A stretch of 64,000 nucleotides of DNA from an uncultured bacterium (GTDB taxonomy: Bacteria > Verrucomicrobiota > Verrucomicrobiia > Verrucomicrobiales > DEV007): positions 64,001 through 128,000 of the forward strand of contig CAXBMO010000014.1 in NCBI GenBank assembly GCA_963977015.1. The letters run 5' to 3'. The notes under the pieces were generated by a model, which made no database searches, was not told the DNA's origin, and was given only the letters and a program-made list of their open reading frames with translations. Shown piece after piece: positions 46,801 through 50,219 of the stretch; the first letter of the stretch is position 1, and each line of letters starts with the position of its first letter. A program made the position numbers and the translations under genes.

Positions 46801-49533
46801 GACGTGACCCTCACGGGGACCTCGCCGACCGGGACTGTAACGATCGCGGACGGGGCTGGTATCGATGCGGGGATTGGAAACATTGGAATTACCGCGGGCG
46901 CGGATATTCTGCTCGGTGGACTGAGCACGACGAATACCGCGACGATTCGTTCGCTCAATGGGTCGATCCTCGACAATGGAGATACCGATGTTGAGATCAT
47001 CGCCTCCAGCGCAGTTCTAAACGCGGCGGTCAGTATTGGAACGGCAACGAACTCATTGGAGACTCAAGTTTCAGCCCTGGAAGGATCCGCCGGGACAGAT
47101 CTCTATCTCAACAATCTGGGTGCTTTGAATCTTACCGCCGGAGGACTCTCCGTGACTCGGAATTTGGAGATCAACAGCGATCAAGGGATTACGGATTCCG
47201 GAGCCATTACCGTGGGGGGCGACGCCCTGTTCACAACGAGTGCAAACGACTCCGATATCACGCTGGATCAATTGGCTGTCGACGGAAGTATTGGGTTGAA
47301 CGCCTCAGGCGCGGGAAGTGATGTCACCATCGTCAATGCTACTGGAATCAACTTTCAAACTGGTGGCGCTGGCGGATTTCTCAGTGCGACGGCAACCACT
47401 GGGGATGTTCTGGTCGGTTCGGGAATTGCCATCAGCACGGGAGGTGCCTTAACGCTGGTTGCTGAAGATAACTTTACGTTGGATCCGAATGCTTCGCTCA
47501 ATGCTGCTTCCGTCGACATCCGCATTGACAACGGCAATGTCGGAGATGCCGTGGATGTCGTTCCGTTGGCTTTGGTGAGCGGAACCATCACGACGTCTAC
47601 CACTCCATTTGCAACTCCCGCGGGTGCGGGAACTGCCGGAACGCGGGTTACGGGTGGCGCCCGGACTGACATCTTTAGCTTGGCGCATAGTAACTCGGTC
47701 ATCTCTGTTTACGGCGGTGATCCGAGTGCGACGCCCGGGGATTCCATCGCCATTCAAACTCCGGGTAGCGCCTTGACTTCTGGGCCGGGCGCTGATCAAG
47801 GTCGTTTCTCCGCCAGCGGTTTCGAGGACATTCATTTCACCCAAATTGAAGACTTGGCGCTGAGCGGGGACTTGGTTCTAACCGGAACGGCAGGTGATGA
47901 TGTCCTGGAAATTAGTCCTATTGATTCCAATCAAGGAGTGATTCGTTTAACGAGCAATGGCACGCCGGGACTGGTCATCTCTTATGCCGGCCTAACTTCG
48001 TTGACCTTTAACGGCGCGGCTGGGAACGATGAATTGCTGATCCAATATCCTGACGGTATTGTCTTTGCTCCTGCCGGTGGCGTGACCTTTAACGGTGGTG
48101 GTGAGACGGATACGTTGACGATCAACGGAGCCACCCTGACCACATCGCTCGATGTCACCATGGGAAGTGCAACAACGCTTGGCGTGACCGCTTTCGACGC
48201 GACCGTTGGCGGCCCGGTCACCACGAATATTTCGATCTATAACGTGAGCAATACGACCTTGAATGGAGGATCGGCGGCGGACACCTTTTCGATTATACCC
48301 GGACCAACGACGACGTTCAGTGTGAATGGCGGGGATCCGGATCTCCTTCCGGGCGATCGCCTTGATGTAGTGGCAACGAACGGGACGATGCACGGTGGCA
48401 GGGATGTTGGTTCCGGTGTCTGGACCTTCCCCGGGGGGCTTCAGCCGATCAATTTCACAGGGATCGAAAGCGACGGCGTAACGCCGGTCCTGTCCGGAGT
48501 GAATGGGGCTTTGAGTCGTTTGACTCACGGACAGGGGAAAGGACCGCTGGGGCTCTTCCCGACCATCGTGGTGACCCAGGCATCGTTCCTCACCGAGGCC
48601 ATCATCCAGTTCGCTGGGGGATACCAGCCTGGTGAGGACGCGCTTCGCTCGATCGCTTTGCCAGCCGGATTCACTCAGAAGTTCGATCCCGCGTCCGGTC
48701 GCTTGACCATCACTGCTGGGGAAGAAGGTGCTTCTGCCTTGGACATGGAGGTTGCCCTGCGTTCTGTGGTCTACGAGAACAAGAATTTGACGGACCCGAC
48801 CCCTGGGACGCGGTCCATTGTCGTTGTCGTCTATGACATCAGTGGGCGTAGTAATGTCCTGACGGTTACCGTGACCCAGGAACGCGATCCGAAGTTGGTT
48901 GCCCCTGGCAATCAGAACTCCGCCTCGGTAATTGGAAGTGGAACTTCGCAAGGTGGGCAGCAGGGAGATGGTGGCCTTTCTGAGTTGCTTGCCCTCCTGA
49001 ACAGCTTTGGTGATGACGGCGTTTTCGCCGGATTCCGGGTTGATCCGTTGGAAGAAGGGGCAAATTACGGCTTCTTGAATGGTCAAATCGTAGGTCCGGA
49101 TGGAACTGCGGTGGATCTTGGCAATTTGAGTAGCGGACAGAGTAGCGTCTTGGCTTCGCTTCCACCGCTTTCGACACTGACTCCATTCTTTGCGGGCAGT
49201 TCGGGAGTTGGCTCTCAGGTCATCGTGACAATTAGCGATGGAGCTGGCGGTTTCAGCCAGACGATGACGGTTCAGACCGATTCCGCAGGAAACTGGTCGG
49301 CCGCATTTTTGGGGCTCACTCTGGAAGACCGAACCTACTCAGTGACCGTCCAAGAGGTTGCCGCAGTCATCGACGTGTTTGACGTGGAGAGAACGTTTCT
49401 ACGAGTTGGTCATTTTCATGGAGGAATCCTGCCGAATGGGGCTGATGATGAGGACCTGAGCCTTGGCGATATCTTCGGCATGATCATCGATACGGTGAAT
49501 CCGGAAGAAGCGCTGGAAAAGCTCGCTGAATAA
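22804..49533 (+). CDS. Giant LEPR-XLL surface protein 1 (8909 aa): HEXXH domain, autotransporter-associated beta-strand repeats, PA14/LamG/MAM domains, Ig-like and RTX-like C-terminus
   Basis: FEPLEARILYSA motif; HEQGHILGLSH; many KxGxGTLTLSGxNTYxGxT repeats; YxGGDGNDV motifs; start placed at MTDKTPP by analogy with the paralog. Confidence 0.92.
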   Translation: MTDKTPPQSRKSNRSENDEARKRRDLHFEPLEARILYSAAPVDPGEAGPEAEAMPTAAQHAAPASEAASPVTEEESSAPETSVLDTEVVVLAEESDSTLIGDEQVAGEPDGKVGSSSDSAGNTLTAEQLEEIAEAAAERWRMTGLTEEQSLALANVSYQIADLDGTYLGVAEGNVITVDVNGAGRQWFVDETPLEDEEFISVGSQSTVQAAATPEAIGRMDLLTTLIHEQGHILGLSHDGSALMEETLGAGERRGLTPGIAEGAEPDSLEEAHYLQAESNVSPSELSGMQLLYGTDSFSNFDNAHNYDVDNSGSIPTGSFDRVAYYLELDSYWVWVSMDAFQTDPALVGVPADNSGIVENGTVVTNLVIESNHPNVTSREIDQGILEFWASNYGTSGGGLFNSNDGQFDWKDSGGSTSGGHGAMQVADITPGSEEMIFSITGSGIGIGNQPSGHPDWTFGPNSYGVRNLEIWVGNANEAPVVTADAGSLSYDTVTAGAQTVNSGITVTDANDADLTGAVVAIAEGHVASEDVLDFVVQGGISGSFDSVAGTITFSGTASVADYQAVFRSVTYENTNSVDTNTQPRRISFTVTDSEGAMGSDDGFVTFANPVISNTYVWDNNSGNSDWSDATNWDQNVGAPDTSGEIAVFRGVDGVVDLGGATITAGEVRFEHSGTLTLTNGTLIANTITMTGSGTADLFVEIDTPTTFNLTGGQLNLHNENNDLTGTVNASNGATFGAVLNATGGAAGNLNVNLNGGAFEFLAGTVPGTLNGTITALSDSAINVASGAQDGTISNLVTAAGITLGSSSFSSGQKWTAANVETAGDLNLSGDNAVHVVLDNIGETAATNLSFEGNGVFELATSNSYTGNTTVNDEASLVVAHLGALSGSGTTVNSGGALVLTVDELAENITINGAGNSNYSAALTDDTGSSIDFNGTINVASDATIQSQNGGELDLNGAVTIASGQTLSLDADSTLDFDTTITGDASTQLLITGGSGYARTFRSNPDFHGTVTVQSQGRFDVYAAQGFGTGDVYVTGNDASVFVRNNHTHTNNFFIEGDGRGTEGAIRSEGGDNTITGIVTLTGATTIYVNNSTLTLTQGLQAGGNVLSKTGGGATSRLSLGADSVNLPNIDLVHGQIRVKTPGGLGGTSTLDLNADMGVEFDFGAIAPQTFSSTTTLHTLNVNNGAIEVISGEVTLDSTFTINQNLFGDLFIGGDGTLNVETGLGNGSDAILTGLDHYGFHVSSDTWLDLDGNGGMMGGGDPSTFTYFNGASVLTDGPGSRGLDFDNDNDFINTGSIGQSDYYSNLWVGYFTPDASGTWTFRDARNDDRGGIWLDLDQDGVFESSSSGLGSDRGEQLAWENTSAKTVNLTAGESYLVAFTHREGAGGSSVDFRLNYTGTGTSAITGEEVVKPTDPDQAGMWSPYRLTSPQNDIVKVGSGVTTFSVANTYNGTTTVEGGALVVADPAALGGTAGSMVTVQSGGTLAFDNPGDSTTVDRVFTISGTGAAGQLGALVNLAGDHEITGTITGVGGEIGIGSDAGTITINKTIDLGFGKLIFDGDGDIDVSGDISGDVTPGFTATTPNTISGLEAWYDASTLNLNDGDGVTAWADLSGNDRHLETYTGTPTFEANEIGGLPAVRFESNENLQMVATGTEYFAGDVYLVFRSGNGATFGPDWGAPIGVKNEAPDADRTWMFQGGEDRFWSSELPASVTRNGAEISSSNSFDLGNVDTSEYMVLQVAAGPNNGTQAREYIVGTRTDAWGNSLFDTAEILAFDHALSDSEKEIVQAYLASKYSIGGSFTGLGAPNYFLETWIEGSSTVSNDVVKQGSGTVTLSGNNSYAGVTSIDAGTLAVDGSIGLGASTVTIANGATLGGGGTVNADVSTDSGGVNPGGIGATGNLIIDGDLNFGAGSAADFDAEFDAATGDSVTVTGSVNLTNVDLNAAALSGYAPTDGSQLTLIDNQAVGAVTGTFNGLADGAEITSLASGNVKAYISYFGGDGNDVTISFIDTVTPGTVTVGDDPALDNNTAFSFQIQGGTLQVLANGQIVESRPLDAVKNLVINGDDATLGNEGDDVLTIDYTAHPELLNVDITFNGNGQATAAGDTLVVTGGTFGTVTHNLVNGTDGNLHIDGDGLADITYTGLEPVDMTGSTATDFVFNLPTGADNAQLSDIGGGVLRLESTDVAPTFESTDFVFPSGSVTINGGTGDTVTVSNAITMQGDLTIISDTVNIVGNVDLGDNTLTIENAVDGTASGVLSGVGSVVKQGAGTLMVTGANTYTGQTTIAAGVLKLSVERVGNVSSALGADTGLTVVQDGGTLDINGISVVGETIEIEGAGHNGIGALANYGPADTNAFNNVTLTGNATFGSASIRTDMVGSLDMGGFTLTKIGGGQLYLKNLTVTNTGDIDIQSGRVDLETTTSFDATIDDTVTVRSGATLEFNRNPAVHDFSLVLENNSTVTNRTYGSVDTTSEVTGNVTLVSGTAIIAVSNTGGNPITVLSGAISGAGSLRKTGPNTLILNGDSDYDGTTQITAGTVVVNGDNSGAEGAVSVSSGATLTGTGTLGGVVTALAGSNVEPGVAGVGTLTVEANISLSGDLEIAISGANASQLDVDGDSTTGTDVTLGSTLTLVATGPTAMLYTIVDNDGTSDAVSGIFTGLPEGFTIDIDGVDYKIFYGGGDGNDVVLANVTMTHSTVYVDDNWAAGGSEPKNNGQIIADADLGTAGAAGQDAVFGINAFASVADAFAAVVDGGTIIINQGTYTENLNLTKNVTFEVTGPDVAQSAVISGQVSGAGTLTKTGDGTLVLSNTGNDYSGTTTINAGSLEGVGGGNLGTSNIVLDGGDLRLDGDAVPTRSTLLLDQINGANPGDPANGIYDTSGGNNSRLRADVANSGTVVAGYVGNWDTTWTEDGGKSGEITSNARTRDGSLTYTATGYSPASGGGHVNYFKNVNNNYNLGRELSLGEDDSTIAYYFSVMVEVDNNTENNFGEFVLNFSSDINSTANSVKFGFDDDASGYHSYLEVGGSRVDANDGNFTPNTDTSNRNTHLIVGKIEVNRSGNETVTMWLDPTDVTSDTQLDATTIAANKLTISGENIIGSGDTLNQVRFQAFASDDGGGTQGMFFDELHIENLEASATASWTNNVELATGSSSSITLDDFTSVDTLGTLTTNGAATLSVNSTTGAGALEFSGNSTLGGDLTVVTNDLSSLTLNNVSGSAGIIKDGNGTLILPTTNSYTGQTTVDDGRIQVSADGALGTTAAGTSVNNGGQLVISDTNYATLEALSIEGTGPNSDGALLGAGTSTFAGAVTVAGDAQIQSDDDLTLTGGIDTAGNEVLFQGEGNTTIDSGIVTGLGSLRKDGDGVLTVNTANDYAGATNIDGGVLVARHDTALGAAAGGTFVADGAQLRLENDITIGAGEAITLNGRGTNNNGALLNQSGANTVQGSVVLATDSEIEANDTLNLEGTLTLTGNLIADVNSGDTINVTGMVTGSGDIEKQDVGILILANGTNDFTGALDVDNGRVQVTADGALGGAGATNVASGATLEFAGAVNYTAAETINIAGIGESGSGALRSSGGDTAIGSSVTIDLTGDATIRSVGGTLTIDPNLDLDFNLELDGTGDFLVQGVISGIAGASLEKGGSGTARLTGTNTYLGDTVVADGILVVSNNSALGSPGEGTVVRDGATLAFDDQGGADLTIAGENFTIIGDGFLGTGAIRNDQGDNTLTGTIDVKVDSELGSGSATIASDADTLTIEGDVTFTQLTFNGDGDTVVNGQLMNGLSSETLLSQDFENFGGGQTDPGDSQILIEGWVNDTTDDVDWVSDQAGTGSGGTGPNVDNTLGTNSGTYMYVEASGVGTGGKTARMTSPVIDLTGFTAAQLDFFYHMHGDTIGTLSVQASTDGGTNWSGDLFSLTGEQQQSQGDPYQQAVVDLTPYAGANNLQLRVTNVTGSSFTSDIAVDDFRVTASTGAPTIGEVLKNGTGTTTLSGDNSYSGATTVAAGTLVVANNNALGTLATGTTVAAGATIALDNQGGADLSIAEDFTIRGEGVLGTGAIRNDQGQNVITGDITVPEALTMPVTTGLELHLDASNVASVIAADGTLDDGDLISGWNDFLGGDNTVANDAVQTDAAQQPRWIANAINGLPAIRFDPDAGNSSTDDDDMQITGLNLGNNASFFFVLQEAAQEPASGSALRPFFSGSGDSHSGNDHYAFTLSRPDLSDQFRINAAAGVSTAYSGIVNQNGDFHTYSYVRDGVDGELFRDGASAVTQSGLTGNATDSVYFIGGQDGNGARHYQGDIAEIIAFNRTLSAVERQQVESFLNEKYFGAGAAGGATIGAAAGGQLTIQGGVEFSDLTLNGAGEIAVEGVMSSQVGAAGTLTKDGTGTATLSGANTYAGETTVSDGILVAANDAALGNTGAGTTVADGAVLALDDTIPGAALTIAENITLGADAANPGVLRNVAGDNDVAGGVFAESGALGDIRIESASDTLTISGDVSLNQAGITVTGAGDTQIDGQILAGVTVVNTYDTTVLADNPLVYWRLGDGDQSNGATVDNVGTLDAAGDGTYLDTAGSIIETVADPAISGGDGIAIEGDKKEGVGLAFSGDFPGTTATFEGWFRGDDDPHSGGQYEPALFSYEGSGPGGGGNEFIALFSGNNLNIFGNGAASSTSITKGTLFNGNWRHLAITFDSTASGSGSASVYLDGQFVETVTNANWDADLSSSGQFVVGWEQDGALSNGNQSFQGFVGDMAEVAIYGSVLGAATIQNHYDEGLVTPVDPANTLTKSGSGTLTLTNANTYEDGTTVSEGTLLANNTSGSATGTGGVTVETNGILAGTGSVAGTISANSGGEVNPALSAPNDVTGDLGSGGANLATGGTFTVQIESTTPDTGFDQLDVAAGGTVTINGAALDVSILGTPGFAVGDKFKIIDNDGGSPVTVTSPFTVGGSAVPNGRAFEVTDDSGAGSTTYVFSILYNVDGDAADPRGTTGNDVVLFNFGEPETEVSINGDGHLVITDINSDSNDAITIEDDGTNYIIRDANLALTTTISGAERVDGNTIKVAKADVTGGGLIVNTANAADTTGVSDTVIIGGSTNPVSFTGPVTFNAEFVRFDQDLDATGNTVTFNAEVTMGADAELTAQDVAFNQAVTLSDKVLTVNVSGTGTANAVTAAGGGLTKDGGGTLTITGQIDDTGTGFSGVVNGGELKVQNTTNSLGESSSTWTVNSGGILEAVGNGSVSGLGSADVTLNSGELEFVMPPNPFTDAPGQLQARYWDYDVRGSQGSGGVSNGGIAEFDTLAGLEGLIATMGTPNFDVLLQGDLDFPAGGGNNSTSGNPFSSIGSLGNNDTMVAVWSGYVHIDPADYDGSLTTFFSASDDGTVVYVDGNLVVQNNRFQGVTERFGTYDLTPGDHEIVIAFYEGTGGAGVTANWQGTATGGAKTLVNPAAFSGTGGNSYFFTRELLASLDPDFDLTNNVTVSGSSTIELGAQVTSVTLDDLTMEEGATLTVESADMNQPLEFANTTLNGAATTTATIDTNMMPVVTLNNLSGAVDLDVTGDGTVILPTDNSAGFSGEITAKTATTIEITVNGALGDTSQGTVIEDGASLRMTGGFNYSLAESLTISGAGSPKSDGALHSETGDNDFSGAITIGSGTTTIRTSANSLDLFGGIDTNGANEVRFESVGTTRVQTAGIQGDGSVRKEDNGTLEFFVDSSYTGTTLINNGVIDIRTAAGLGTTAGSTTVNGSGTLRLRGGITVAENLTLNNGDGEGSQGVLRNDADANILTGTVTLSGTPRIDVDGGTTLTIEGAIGGGGDFFKTDSGTLVLDNSSNVNTYTGTSTIAGGTVIIQKDSALGTAAGGTILNAGTSLEFNLAGDYTVAESLTLGEGATVINRGSDTDLATTSITLQGDATIESATAGTTFSTAANIDLGFGNLTVIGDGDTSLTGDISNTAFVNDGNGNFFASGLIERVYDIRSVDDPFGATQLGASLQSGPRAGYTTTNQGPWAIDTTDETIVYTGQFYDADGIFSFAESIDDDVAIYIAGTRVLRNTSASVATTTATTSGINNSNESGNANPDGGTFDFSSLPNDNGWYDIEIRFANGAGGEGAVSRDSWTTSFGFALANPATADELPGVDAGVLDGSDKSGVHSELTGNNPAWQTADDPGDGSLFRVSMEGRAGIVKQGTGTLRLEGDSTYQGLTDLQAGTIEVASATALGSADSGTDLSDGTTLAFDGTFTIADEPILVGNSTLHNLAGDTTIATTITVQERAGGTFTLSSDADTLTISSDLNLNRSDLDVTGDGDVTISGVLSDAGAATESEYASLLLNEGTDLKAYFRLNEATGTLEAFDSSSYRVNGTFQGGAESTLEEASAHANLGTALDFDGSNDYIELGQSPADLGLNGPFTVSAWVNVDSFKQDNTILGNSAGSSNQGLHLVIRNSRAHFGFFGNDTAGSQVLTENTWYHVVWRFDSSNGEQAIFIDGALDNSSTGHAAFAGTQPVDIGRWRNSNYFDGTMDDVAIVGRVMDDAEIAALFAAGPNNTTVSYDADVTKSGAGTLTLSGANTYAGQTTVSEGILKLDNATALGTSTDASDGTVVEDGGALDLNGVDVPNEIVTINGDGVVADPDTGALYNSAGSMGNNGVDNLVLGSDASIGSDGGRFGLNGGTVSGAFTLTKVGNNDVWVGSTVTVANIIVEDGVYGMQGNNADNLLAGGAITINANGTLGTWTTKTFDADIVMNGGRIDTGAPGGQNNTVTFNGDITLNGANNRFHIVNTADVIATGVISGGGDLVKSDSGDLTLTNDNTYAGTTAVNTGSLLVNGSHTGGDNYTVGSTATLGGNGTITLLDNSKSVTASGTVATGDPTTDSGIGTLTVNNDVNLNGDFDFQIDGATADLLDVDGGVNLDAGSTLTLSDINDPVDGSTILLIDNDDTDAVNGTFGTDSRSGTALTEGATVTDDEGDAYTISYAGGTDSNDVVLFVGAAETEVSFSGGVLTVTDINSDSGDDLTISYDALADEYVISDAALNLTTNGLTSAQVKRPDARTVRVDAGIVTSLVVQTANTSGDGSDDSADTIGINVASLPAYLTGDVTVTAETIQLDSGISAGGDVTLNGSTTLGAAAALTASNVNLNGTMSLGANNLTVNVTGVGGASTGGITGNGQLIKQGNGTFTLNGTGTNSNGYTGLTHVQGGTLAVGGSFATDGAIQGDVTIDAGATFDLTQSNVIANGSDFTINGTLDMSGLTEVLGNIQGSGSIINHTNNGSNGLTLDDLNGTHTFAGDISGGGSLNIRGNIDDSGTLELSGGTISLGNLRIGDGTVTIKDDATVTAFSQTVVGTNRTEIAGITAASVTARLNIESGSLTTGSIITGNRASGTVTAVIDQSGGTVRTTGSAEEGNGVRMSHWGNSDTTYTLSNGTLTIDNGFALSMATTGNGRFTQTGGTLNTTSVDVNSRTDANGNGTFEVLGGTANIGSGGIVSDSTSNPGTVNLGGQGGTLRATANWASSLDLNLLGTGVDVINLDTNGFDVGLSGGLNGVGGFDKLGGGTLTLSGTSDYQGDTDVVAGTLLINGEHLAGTVVADYRDDFSTTPATGWQYLWNSGGDVSDPANYTALEVENDHWETVANGSFPDPAPGSYLNLTGTSGHPGSTDVYAIAAFTVPTAGDYAITSSFLDPVTGAGDGNDVRIFVKSGAVTTEVFSTATDDAVIDFDTALGTLGAGDVIYVATGTDGLGAGNDPGNDSFNWDFSILSQATSTITVQSGATLGGTGSTNSAVNAAGTLSAGSPVSGIDSLETGNLDITGTLEVQLNGNTSADLIDVTGPVNLGGASILTVSGLAPANGATITIIENDGTDLVTGRFTSDGFTVLEESDIVTVGGDRYIISYVGGDGNDVVLFKGVPETQVHLDASGNLTISDIESDSADSLTITFDSSTNEYVISDANLNLSATGFDRADVSRPDAKTVRVAATAVTGNVFVNTAFGSDSQTDTVTIGGVDALTFSGAIEITAESILIAGTVVANGDVTLTGTSPTGTVTIADGAGIDAGIGNIGITAGADILLGGLSTTNTATIRSLNGSILDNGDTDVEIIASSAVLNAAVSIGTATNSLETQVSALEGSAGTDLYLNNLGALNLTAGGLSVTRNLEINSDQGITDSGAITVGGDALFTTSANDSDITLDQLAVDGSIGLNASGAGSDVTIVNATGINFQTGGAGGFLSATATTGDVLVGSGIAISTGGALTLVAEDNFTLDPNASLNAASVDIRIDNGNVGDAVDVVPLALVSGTITTSTTPFATPAGAGTAGTRVTGGARTDIFSLAHSNSVISVYGGDPSATPGDSIAIQTPGSALTSGPGADQGRFSASGFEDIHFTQIEDLALSGDLVLTGTAGDDVLEISPIDSNQGVIRLTSNGTPGLVISYAGLTSLTFNGAAGNDELLIQYPDGIVFAPAGGVTFNGGGETDTLTINGATLTTSLDVTMGSATTLGVTAFDATVGGPVTTNISIYNVSNTTLNGGSAADTFSIIPGPTTTFSVNGGDPDLLPGDRLDVVATNGTMHGGRDVGSGVWTFPGGLQPINFTGIESDGVTPVLSGVNGALSRLTHGQGKGPLGLFPTIVVTQASFLTEAIIQFAGGYQPGEDALRSIALPAGFTQKFDPASGRLTITAGEEGASALDMEVALRSVVYENKNLTDPTPGTRSIVVVVYDISGRSNVLTVTVTQERDPKLVAPGNQNSASVIGSGTSQGGQQGDGGLSELLALLNSFGDDGVFAGFRVDPLEEGANYGFLNGQIVGPDGTAVDLGNLSSGQSSVLASLPPLSTLTPFFAGSSGVGSQVIVTISDGAGGFSQTMTVQTDSAGNWSAAFLGLTLEDRTYSVTVQEVAAVIDVFDVERTFLRVGHFHGGILPNGADDEDLSLGDIFGMIIDTVNPEEALEKLAE

Positions 49534-50116
49534 TCGGCCAGTCAAAGATTAGGAGTACTTCGGTAAAATGGAGGGAAGCTGTAAAAATGGTGGCTAAAAC
49601 GTCACAGATTTGGTATTTCTGACAACCATTGTTGAAGAGTCGGTCTGTCTACTCAGCGCAAACTTTCAGGCGTTTTCATCATTAAATCCCCTTCAGAAGA
49701 TTCCCTCGTATCATTGGCGCCCGACCATGTGACCTATTTCGTGTCGGCGGACGAAGCGGTGTGTACTAACTACGAAGTCCACAATTCGATTGACGACGAC
49801 GGTGTGTCGTTGGTGTCCGAAGCCCCTGAATACGAGAGGATTAGCACGCATAAGGAGGGCCGCTCGGATGCCGTCGTCTATTGCTCTTGGGCGAAAGAGT
49901 TTGATCCATCGAAGACGGTGACGAGGTGCGCTCGGAGTAGAGTTTGCCAATCGGTATCAAGCCATCTGAAGCGAAAAGTTCAGACGTTGGCCGACAAGAA
50001 GATCAGCTTTGAACGATTTTACGGAAGTTGCCAAAGCCGCCACGTTGGATCCGGGGACGATGACAGGAAGTCACGTTCTGCGCTTCCATTTGCTTTCTAC
50101 ATTTCATCATTCCTCC

Positions 50117-50159
50117 AAAAGCCACCAAAAGGCCGCCCCATGGGCCTTGGTGGCTTTTT
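50117..50159 (+). terminator. Terminator-like hairpin about 60 bp upstream of giant gene 2
   Basis: AAAAGCCACCAAAAGGCC-GCCCCATG-GGCCTTGGTGGCTTTTT. Confidence 0.65.
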
Positions 50160-50219
50160 CATCGGGAAATTGGATTCACTCCCCGGTTACGAATTACCAT
50201 TTTCTTTCAGTCCCAGTTT

